DNA of 64,000 bases from Balanoglossus misakiensis (lineage: Eukaryota > Animalia > Hemichordata), in NCBI GenBank assembly GCA_040954595.2, contig CM082585.2, forward strand, positions 2,510,902-2,574,901, read 5' to 3'. A model generated the notes under the pieces. The model was not told where the DNA came from, did not search any database, and saw nothing but the letters and a program-made list of their open reading frames with translations. Within the stretch, counting starts at the first letter, position 1. Every line of letters begins with the position of its first letter. The translations under genes and the position numbers were made by a program. Below, piece after piece: positions 50,001 through 60,499 of the stretch.

Positions 50001-53000
50001 GTATTAACCTATGGATTTACATTTAACATTAAATACCCATGTGAAAGTGCAGAGTTTGCATCACCATCTACTCTGATGCATCATAAACCTTGCTTCGCCA
50101 TTTGCCCTGATGCAAAGAATCAGATTCAATGTCATCGTTCCATTAGCAATGTCAAATTAGAGTGCTTTTGGCCACGTATTAACCTATCGATTTACATTTA
50201 ACATTAAATACCCATGTGAAAGTGCAGAGTTTGCATCACCATCTACTCTGATGCATCATTGAGCTTGCTTCGCCATTTGCCCTAATGCAAAGAATCCCAT
50301 TCAATGTCACCATTGCATATGCAATGTCAAAGTACAGTGCTTTCCGCCACGTATTAACCCAGGGATTTACAGACAACTTTAAATCCCCCTGTAGGCATTT
50401 TATACCCATGTCTAAGTGCAGAGCTTGCATCACTATCTACCCTGATGCATAATCAACCTTGCTTCGCCATTTACCCTGATGCAAAGAATCAGATTCAATG
50501 TCATCGTTGCATTAGCAATGTCAAAGTACAGTGTTTTTGGACACGTAATAACCCAGGGATTTACAGACAACATTAAATCCCCCTGTAGGCATTTTATACC
50601 CATGTCAAAGTGAAGTGTTTGCATCACTATCTACCCTGATGCATCATAAAGCTTGCTACGCCATTTACCCTGATGCAAAGAATCAGATTCAATGTTATCG
50701 TTGCATTAGCAATGTCAAAGTACAGTGCTTTTGGACACGTATTAACCCAGGGATTTATCATCAACTTGAAATCCCCATATGCATTTAATACCCATGTCAA
50801 AGTGAAGTGTTTGCATCACTATCTACCCTGATGCAATATAAAGCTTGCTACGCCATTTACACTGATGCAAATAAACAGATTCAATGTCATCGTTACATTA
50901 GCAATGTCAAAGTACAGTGCTTTTGGACACGTATTAACCCAGGGATTTATCATCAACTTGAAATCCCCATATGCATTCAATACCCATGTCAAAGTTAAGT
51001 GATTGCATCACTATCTACCCTAATGCATCATCAACCTTGCTTCGCCATTTGCCCTGATGCAAAGAATCAGATTCAATGTCATCGTTCCATTAGCAATGTC
51101 AAATTAGAGTGCTTTTGGCCACGTATTAACCTATGGATTTACAGTTAACATTAAATACCCATGTGAAAGTGCTTTTGGCCACGTATTAACCTATGGATTT
51201 ACATTTAACATTAAATACCCATGTGAAAGTGCAGAGTTTGCATTACCATCTACTCTGATGTATCATTGAGCTTGCTTCGCCATTTGCCCTAATGCAAAGA
51301 ATCCCATTCAATGTCACCATTGCATATGCAATGTCAAAGTACAGTGCTTTCCGCCACGTATTAACCCAGGGATTTACAGACAACTTTAAATCCCCATGTA
51401 GACATTTTATGCCCATGTCAAAGTGCAGAGCTTGCATCACTATCTACCCTGATGCTTCATCAACCTTGCTTCGCCATTTACCCTGATGCAAAGAATCAGA
51501 TTCAATGTCATCGCTGCATTAGCAATGTCAATGTACAGTGTTTTTGGACACGTAATAACCCAGGGATTTACAGACAACATTAAATCCCCCTGTAGGCATT
51601 TTATACCCATGTCAAAGTGAAGTGTTTGCATCACTATCTACCCTGATGCATCATAAAGCTTGCTACGCCATTTACCCTGATGCAAAGAATCAGATTCAAT
51701 GTTGTCGTTGCATTAGCAATGTCAAAGTATAGTGCTTTTGGACACGTATTAACCCACAGATTTTTCAACAACCTGAAATCCCCATATGCATTTAATACCC
51801 ATGTCAAAGTTAAGTGTTTGCATCACTATCTACCCCGATGCATTATAAAGCTTGCTACGCCATTTACCCTGATGCAAAGAATCAGATTCAATGTCATCGT
51901 TGCATTAGCAATGTCAAAGTACAGTGATTTTGGACACGTATTAACCCAGGGATTTATCATCAACTTGAAATCCCCATAGGCATTTTATACCCATGTCAAA
52001 GTGAAGTGATTGCATCACTATCTACCCTGATACATCATCAACCTTGCTTCGCCATTTACCCTGATGCAAAGAATCAGACTCAATGTCATCGTTGCATTAG
52101 CAATGTCAAAGTACAGTGCTTTTGGACATGTATTAACCCAGGGATTTATCATCAACTTGAAATCCCCATATGCATTTAATACCCATGTCAAAGTGAAGTG
52201 TTTACATCACTATCTACCCTGATGCAATATAAAGCTTGCTACGCCATTTACCCTGATGCAAAGAAACAGATTCAATGTCATCGTTACATTAGCAATGTCA
52301 AAGTACAGTGCTTTTGGACACGTATTAACCCAGGGATTTATCATCAACTTGAAATCCCCATATGCATTCAATACCCATGTCAAAGTTAAGTGATTGCATC
52401 ACTATCTACCCTGATGCATCATCAACCTTGCTTCATAATTTGCCCTGATGCAAAGAATCAGATTCAATGTCATCGTTGCATTAGCAATGTCAAATTAGAG
52501 TGCTTTTGGCCACGTATTAACCTATGGATTTACAGTTAACATTAAATACCCATGTGAAAGTGCAGAGTTTGCATCACCATCTACTCTGATGTATCATTGA
52601 GCTTGCTTCGCCATTTGCCCTAATGCAAAGAATCCCATTCAATGTCACCATTGCATATGCAATGTCAAAGTACAGTGCTTTCCGCCACGTATTAACCCAG
52701 GGATTTACAGACAACTTTAAATCCCCCTGTAGACATTTTATGCCCATGTCAAAGTGCAGAGCTTGCATCACTATCTACCCTAATGCTTCATCAACCTTGC
52801 TTCGCCATTTACCCTGATGCAAAGAATCAGATTCAATGTCATCGCTGCATTAGCAATGTCAAAGTACAGTGTTTTTGGACACGTAATAACCCAGGGATTT
52901 ACAGACAACATTAAATCCCCCTGTAGGCATTTTATACCCATGTCAAAGTGAAGTGTTTGCATCACTATCTACCCTGATGCATCATAAAGCTTGCTACGCC

Positions 53001-56000
53001 ATTTACCCTGATGCAAAGAATCAGATTCAATGTTATCGTTGCATTAGCAATGTCAAAGTACAGTGCTTTTGGACACGTATTAACCCACAGATTTTTCAAC
53101 AACCTGAAATCCCCATATGCATTTAATACCCATGTCAAAGTTAAGTGTTTGCATCACTATCTACCCTGATGCATCATAAAGCTTGCTACGCCATTTACCC
53201 TGATGCAAAGAATCAGATTCAATGTCATCGTTGCATTAGCAATGTCAAAGTACAGTGATTTTGGACATGTATTAACCCAGGGATTTATCATCAACTTGAA
53301 ATCCCCATATGCATTTAATACCCATGTCAAAGTGAAGTGATTGCATCACTATCTACCCTGATGCATCATCAACCTTGCTTCGCCATTTACCCTGATGCAA
53401 AGAATCAGATTCAATGTTATCGTTGCATTAGCAATGTCAAAGTACAGTGCTTTTGGACACGTATTAACCCACAGATTTTTCAACAACCTGAAATCCCCAT
53501 ATGCATTTAATACCCATGTCAAAGTTAAGTGTTTGCATCACTATCTACCCTGATGCATCATAAAGCTTGCTACGCCATTTACCCTGATGCAAAGAATCAG
53601 ATTCAATGTCATCGTTGCATTAGCAATGTCAAAGTACAGTGATTTTGGACATGTATTAACCCAGGGATTTATCATCAACTTGAAATCCCCATATGCATTT
53701 AATACCCATGTCAAAGTGAAGTGATTGCATCACTATCTACCCTGATGCATCATCAACCTTGCTTCGCCATTTACCCTGATGCAAAGAATCAGACTCAATG
53801 TCATCGTTGCATTAGCAATGTCAAAGTACAGTGCTTTTGGACATGTATTAACCCAGGGATTTATCATCAACTTGAAATCCCCATATGCATTTAATACCCA
53901 TGTCAAAGTGAAGTGTTTGCATCACTATCTACCCTGATGCAATATAAAGCTTGCTACGCCATTTACCCTGATGCAAAGAATCTGATTCAATGTCATCGTT
54001 ACATTAGCAATGTCAAAGTACAGTGCTTTTGGACACGTATTAACCCAGGGATTTATCATCAACTTGAAATCCCCATATGCATTCAATACCCATGTCAAAG
54101 TTAAGTGATTGCATCACTATCTACCCTGATGCATCATCAACCTTGCTTCGCCATTTGCCCTGATGCAAAGAATCAGATTCAATGTCATCGTTGCATTAGC
54201 AATGTCAAATTAGAGTGCTTTTGGCCACGTATTAACCTATGGATTTACAGTTAACATTAAATGCCCATGTGAAAGTGCAGAGTTTGCATCACCATCTACT
54301 CTGATGTATCATTGAGCTTGCTTCGCCATTTGCCCTAATTCAAAGAATCCCATTCAATGTCACCATTGCATATGCAATGTCAAAGTACAGTGCTTTCCGC
54401 CACGTATTAACCCAGGGATTTACAGACAACTTTAAATCCCCCTGTAGACATTTTATGCCCATGTCAAAGTGCAGAGCTTGCATCACTATCTACCCTGATG
54501 CTTCATCAACCTTGCTTCGCCATTTACCCTGATGCAAAGAATCAGATTCAATGTCATCGCTGCATTAGCAATGTCAAAGTACAGTGTTTTTGGACACGTA
54601 ATAACCCAGGGATTTACAGACAACATTAAATCCCCCTGTAGGCATTTTATACCCATGTCAAAGTGAAGTGTTTGCATCACTATCTACCCTGATGCAATAT
54701 AAATGTTGCTACGCCATTTACCCTGATGCAAAGAAACAGATTCAATGTTATCGTTGCATTAGCAATGTCAAAGTACAGTGCTTTTGGACACGTATTAACC
54801 CACAGATTTTTCAACAACCTGAAATCCCCATGTGCATTTAATACCCATGTCAAAGTTAAGTGTTTGCATCACTATCTACCCTGATGCATCATAAAGCTTG
54901 CTACGCCATTTACCCTGATGCAAAGAATCAGATTCAATGTCATCGTTGCATTAGCAATGTCAAAGTACAGTGATTTTGGACATGTATTAACCCAGGGATT
55001 TATCATCAACTTGAAATCCCCATATGCATTTAATACCCATGTCAAAGTGAAGTGTTTGCATCACTATCTACCCTGATGCAATATAAAGCTTGCTACGCCA
55101 TTTACCCTGATGCAAAGAATCTGATTCAATGTCATCGTTACATTAGCAATGTCAAAGTACAGTGCTTTTGGACACGTATTAACCCAGGGATTTATCATCA
55201 ACTTGAAATCCCCATATGCATTCAATACCCATGTCAAAGTTAAGTGATTGCATCACTATCTACCCTGATGCATCATCAACCTTGCTTCGCCATTTGCCCT
55301 GATGCAAAGAATCAGATTCAATGTCATCGTTGCATTAGCAATGTCAAATTAGAGTTCTTTTGGCCACGTATTAACCTATGGATTTACAGTTAACATTAAA
55401 TACCCATGTGAAAGTGCAGAGTTTGCATCACCATCTACTCTGATGCATCATTGAGCTTGCTTCGCCATGTCAAAGTGCAGAGCTTGCATCACTATCTACC
55501 CTGATGCATCATCAACCTTGCTTCGCCATTTACCCTGATGCAAAGAATCTGATTCAATGTCATCGTTGCATTAGCAATGTCAAAGTACAGTGCTTTTGGA
55601 CACGTATTAACCCAGGGATTTATCATCAACTTGAAATCCCCATATGCATTTAATACCCATGTCAAAGTGAAGTGATTGCATCACTATCTACCCTGATGCA
55701 TCATCAACCTTGCTTCGCCATTTGCCCTGATGCAAAGAATCAGATTCAATGTCATCGTTGCATTAGCAATGTCAAATTAGAGTTCTTTTGGCCACGTATT
55801 AACCTATGGATTTACAGTTAACATTAAATACCCATGTGAAAGTGCAGAGTTTGCATCACCATCTACTCTGATGCATCATTGAGCTTGCTTCGCCATGTCA
55901 AAGTGCAGAGCTTGCATCACTATCTACCCTGATGCATCATCAACCTTGCTTCGCCATTTACCCTGATGCAAAGAATCTGATTCAATGTCATCGTTGCATT

Positions 56001-56467
56001 AGCAATGTCAAAGTACAGTGCTTTTGGACACGTATTAACCCAGGGATTTATCATCAACTTGAAATCCCCATATGCATTTAATACCCATGTCAAAGTGAAG
56101 TGATTGCATCACTATCTACCCTGATGCATCATCAACCTTGCTTCGCCATTTGCCCTGATGCAAAGAATCAGATTCAATGTCATCGTTCCATTAACAATGT
56201 CAAAATAGAGTGCTTTTGGCCACGTATTAACCTATGGATTTACATTTAACATTAAATACCCATGTGAAAGTGCAGAGCTTGCATCACCATCTACTCTGAT
56301 GCATCATTGAGCTTGCTTCGCCATTTGCCCTAATGCAAAGAATCCCATTCAATGTCATCGTTGCATTAGCAATGTCAAAGTACAGTGCTTTCCGCCACGT
56401 ATTAACCCAGGGATTTACTGACAACTTTAAATCCCCCTATACACATTTTATACCCATGTCAAAGTGA
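35005..56467. repeat. Satellite array, main segment, with 4- to 7-mer higher-order repeats
   Basis: Continuous head-to-tail monomers. Marker periods of 753, 947, 1139 and 1331 bp are visible in the ORF track. Roughly 125-130 monomers in the whole array, estimated from length. Confidence 0.98.
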
Positions 56468-56508
56468 CAGGGTTCGAACCCATGATCCTCTAACCACTGG
56501 ACTATGAC
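56468..56508 (-). promoter_or_regulatory. tRNA-derived Pol III internal promoter remnant (A box + B box)
   Basis: The minus strand reads GTCATAGTCCAGTGGTTAG-AGGATCAT-GGGTTCGAACCC: A box TAGTCCAGTGG and B box GGTTCGAACC. The anticodon arm is missing. Confidence 0.65.
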
Positions 56509-56660
56509 TATGTGACAGAATGACCTTTCTGTATGGTGCCTTGTTTAGCTCCTAGTCAGATTTCAAGAAAATGTGGAAAAGTGCAAATTAGTCTCTTTGA
56601 ATTTCCAACAACTCAGTTTGTCAGCTCCCATATCCCAGTTCTCTGACCAGTTCCCGTTCT
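56509..56660 (+). repeat. Continuation of the old ~170-bp repeat
   Basis: TATGTGACAGAATGACC...GCCTTGTTTAGCT...AAATGTGGA...CAAATTAG aligns with the unit at 24218-24300. Confidence 0.75.
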
Positions 56661-57487
56661 TCTTAGATGTCACAATACTGATCACAAGACATGCAGTTGT
56701 ACACTTTGCGGAAAACATTATGAATATATGCAGATAAGAAAAGACTTACTTGTGGGCAATTTAAACACAACATTTTGAGTAAAGTGGGTAAAATAGGATT
56801 AAAGTTGGTTTATAAAGGCATATCGAAAAGAATCTACTTCAATTTGTTCATTTCTGAAATTTGAGAATATGAATATGCATGTTTTATTTGCCATATATGA
56901 ACACCAATGAAAAGTTATGTTTCCAGCTTAGGTATTGGTGGATTTGAACCACCTGACATCAGAAGACGCCTCCAGAATACCTCTAATTTGGTTGCATAAT
57001 TTTCATGTGAATGTTCATAATATAGCGATTGATTAATCCCTAATTTTTTATTTTTATTTTTTTTTGGGGGGGGGGGGGGGCTGGAGGGGGGTTGAGGTTC
57101 AAGTAGTAAATCTTGCAGGCCAATTTGAAACAATGTGTCATGTAGTTAACCTGAAAGAAATTAACACAAATAGTTTCTGCTCTTTTTGAAACAAGGTGTC
57201 ATGTGGTTGAACTGTGACAATGGGCCAGTCAAAATAGCATCTGCAAATTATGCACACAATAGAGTGATGGGTTAGTGGGTTAAGTTTACTTTTACCTTAG
57301 CATTATATAACACACTATCGTGTACATAATCTCGCAGAGCTCTATCATAATTGTTTTCAAATAAAGCAAGATAACTACTTGTATGATTACATATCTAATT
57401 TACGCGCCTAAAGGGCAGTTAAAAACCTCAGACCAGTTACAAAAGAGGAAAAAAAACTGTCCTCTCCTCCTCTCACCCCATGATCTA

Positions 57488-58200
57488 AGCTAAATTTGGA
57501 ATTTGGATGGGGTGGGGAGGTTTAGCTAACCTAACATGTTCTGCCTGTCTGTCGCGTACAATGTGTCCATGCGCGAATACGATCACGGGTACCGTTGCGA
57601 GAAATTCCACCGAATAACGATGCTGACGAGTATTATCTATCTGAGAAATAATAGCATGTTATTCATAAAACATACACATTAACCAATTAATGAACCAACA
57701 TGATTATTAGACCCTGGACACTTATTTAATGTTATATCATTATTATACCTCTGTCATCATCATCAATATTAACACCCTTGTATACTTAATATCACCATAA
57801 GCCATCACCGCAATTATTAATCGTTATTATACCCTTCCATGATTGTTACCTTTATTAAACCCGACACAGTTATCACCATTTATTATACCCTTCTCATTCA
57901 TATACCCATTATAACCTGTGTACACAAGTCATCATCATATTATAAACCCATTATTATACCTTTTATACCAGTCACATTTGTTACCCTATTATCATTCCCT
58001 TCATCCAAAAAACCACTGTTACCCCTGTATAACCTGTGTACACTCAAATTTTACCATAAGCCATCATCACATTTGTAACCCTTTTATTAAACCATTCATA
58101 TTTGTTCGCCTTTATTATACCATACACATTTATGAACCTATTATCATACCCTGCACAAAGCCATTGCTGTTAACCTCATTTTAGCATAAGTAATCACTAC
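57488..58200 (+). repeat. Unclassified diverged repeat, copy 2 (copy 1 at ~22533-23235)
   Basis: Same co-linear blocks as copy 1, in the same orientation. Confidence 0.75.
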
Positions 58201-58317
58201 CAATTATTAACCTGATTTATTGGACTATTAAGTTTTATATTACGATCACTTCGTTTTGTACTCCTATATAACTCTACCTCATAATTTCGGTCAATAGGTT
58301 TATTATGTTGAAACTCC

Positions 58318-58915
58318 ACTTCTCCATCCTTCCACATCTCCATCCTTTAAGTTGACGCTCCACGGCACCATCCATCCACCAAAGTTTATATTTCAGCAGG
58401 TTGACTATGGTTGACGCCCCGCTCCATCCATCCATCAAAGTTTAATATTAGTAGGTTGACTATGGTTGACACTCCGCTCCATCCATCCATCCATCAAATT
58501 TTACGTTAGTAGGTTGATTATGGTGTTACCAGTGAGCCCTACAGGAAAAAAAAGAGAAAAAAGAGAAAAAAAAACTCTTCTTCTCCATCCTTCCACTTCT
58601 CCATCGTTTAAGTTGACGCTCCATGGCACCATCCATCCATCGAAGTTTATATTTCAGCAGGTTGACTATGGTTGACGCTCCGCCCCATCCATCCATCAAA
58701 GTTTATATTTAGTAGGTTGACTATGGTTGACGCTCCGCTCCATCCATCCATCAAAGTTTAATATTAGTAGGTTGACTATGGTTGACGCTCCGCTCCATCC
58801 ATCCATCAAAGTTTATATTAGTAGGTTGACTATGGTTGACACTCCGCTCCACCCATCCATCAAATTTTACGTTAGTAGGTTGATTATGGTGTTACCATTG
58901 GGGCCTACAGGGAAA
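58318..58915. repeat. ~55-bp minisatellite organised as two duplicated blocks
   Basis: Unit GGTTGACTATGGTTGACGCTCCGCTCCATCCATCCATCAAAGTTTATATTAGTA. Each block starts CTCCATCCTTCCAC and ends GGTGTTACCA..CCTACAGG followed by a purine-rich tract. Confidence 0.85.
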
Positions 58916-59037
58916 AAAAGAAGAGAAGAGAGAAAAAAGAAAGAAAGAAAGGAAGAGAGAGAGAAGAAGAAGAGTACCGGTGGGACCTACAGAAGAAAAA
59001 AGAATGAAAGAATTAAATACATGAAATCAATGATAAT

Positions 59038-60416
59038 TAAAGCTGCAAGCAGCGTTGGTGGGGCACAAACGGTTCCCATGGTAACCAGCGAATCCCAAAG
59101 CTGTATCTGCTGTGGATACCAAGATATGGGAAAGTAGGTCAAAGGTCACCTTAGTTCACCCAAATTTGGGCGAAACATTTTGACACCATACTTGTCCATG
59201 ACCAACAAAAACCAAACCTCTAGCCCTATTGGTTAGCCTGGAATTAGATATGTGCATAATTAATGAGGTAACATAAAAGACCCCAAAAGGTGTTCAATCC
59301 CTCCAAAAGCCAAGGCTCTATCCTGTCTGGATGCCGAGATATAGGGAAGAAGGTCAAAGGTCACCTGAGGTCACCAAAATTTGAGCAAAATTTTGACACC
59401 ACATATGTCCTTATACAACAAAAACCAAACATCTAGCCCTGTTGGTTAGCTTGGAATAAGATATGCACATAATTAATGAGGTATTGTGTAAGACTCTATT
59501 AGGTGGTCAATCCCCCAATAGCCAGGGCTGTAACTGCTCTGGAAGCTGAGATATGGGAAAGTAGGTCAAAGGTCACCCAAAATTTGGGCATAAAAGTTTG
59601 ACCCCATAGTGGGCCATGTCCAACAAAAACCAGACCTGGAGCCCTATTGGTTAGCCTGGATTTAGATATGCAGAAAATGATGTTTCAGAAATAGGTCAAA
59701 GGTCATTGCCAAAATATTTGTGTCATGTCCTGACAGCATTGGTACCCATGTCCACAAAATTCATGACTGTAGTGCTTTTACAAGAGGAGGTATGGGGAAT
59801 ATGCATATATAATTAGTTGGTTTAAAACTGGGTCAAAGGTCATGTGAAAATTGCCCCCAAAATTGTGACAAGTTCCGGTCATATGATGACTTATATCCAC
59901 AAAAATAATTTCCTTGGTGTCAACATTTTGGCTATAGAACGGAATTTACATTTTTCAATGGTTTTCAGGAAATCCAATATGGCCGCCATAATGATCGACC
60001 AATCACAGTGCACTTCGCAAACTTGAAAGACATAGGTTAGGTGACTGCATACCCCGAATCCCATAACTCGGCGATCACTGCTTCTGGAGAAGAAGATTTT
60101 AAAAGTTTTAAGTAGTTTTTCAGAAAAAAAATTGTAGCAAAAAAACTTTATATTTGACATCATGATTTCAATGGGGTAAAATGATGGACAGAAGGTAGGC
60201 TACCTGCACACAAAATTTGAACCTGATTGGCCCAGTAGTTTTTGAGAAGGAGTCATTTAACGGTTTTCGGAAAATCTAATATGGCCGCCAGGTCACGTGA
60301 CTAATTAAATATTCATGGCCACTCTAGGTCTACTCATTGGCCCCTATCACCCTACCAAGTTTCAGCCCTGTAGGTGCTGCGGTTTTCCAGATCTACCTCG
60401 CCTGGCTTGTGCCCCT
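59038..60416 (-). mobile_element. Second HINE-like element with internal ~210-240-bp repeats
   Basis: GCTGC-AA-GCAGC stem-loop at 59042-59053. SubTIRs GGGGCACAAAC (59060-59070) and GCTTGTGCCCC (60405-60415). Core shared with the 4633-6706 element. Confidence 0.65.
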
Positions 60417-60499
60417 TATGATAGCATTAATGTGGCAAGCCAGCCCAACCCAACAAACTGAGGGTCAAGGGGTACATATGGTCAATTAATAAAAAAAAA

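Larger units (their letters stand above)
24446..56508 (-). mobile_element. Putative tRNA-derived SINE with an L2-type 3' tail, whose body is expanded into a satellite and carries nested insertions
   Basis: A Pol III A/B-box head lies at 56468-56508. The tail, rebuilt from 28757-28803 plus 24446-24459, reads TTAAAGCATGTTGAG...AATGTGCTATATAAGTAATAAATATTAATATTATT on the minus strand. TATGT flanks both sides (24441-24445, 56509-56513) and the flanks rejoin in register with the old 170-bp unit. Confidence 0.6.

Noticed and set aside
29566-56467. Dozens of near-identical 60-113 aa ORFs on both strands
   Set aside because: They are by-products of the satellite period. The 175- and 194-bp monomers break frame, stops are frequent and no domain is recognisable.
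29566-56467. CRISPR-like array
   Set aside because: There are no unique spacers, whole monomers repeat, there are no cas genes and the context is eukaryotic.
56468-56508. Functional tRNA gene
   Set aside because: There is no anticodon arm or acceptor stem. Only the A and B boxes remain.
56464-56518. GTGACAG direct repeat as the TSD of a 41-bp tRNA fragment
   Set aside because: The first copy overlaps the satellite end and the second belongs to the old 170-bp repeat. The TATGT in-register model explains both flanks better, though this alternative is not formally excluded.
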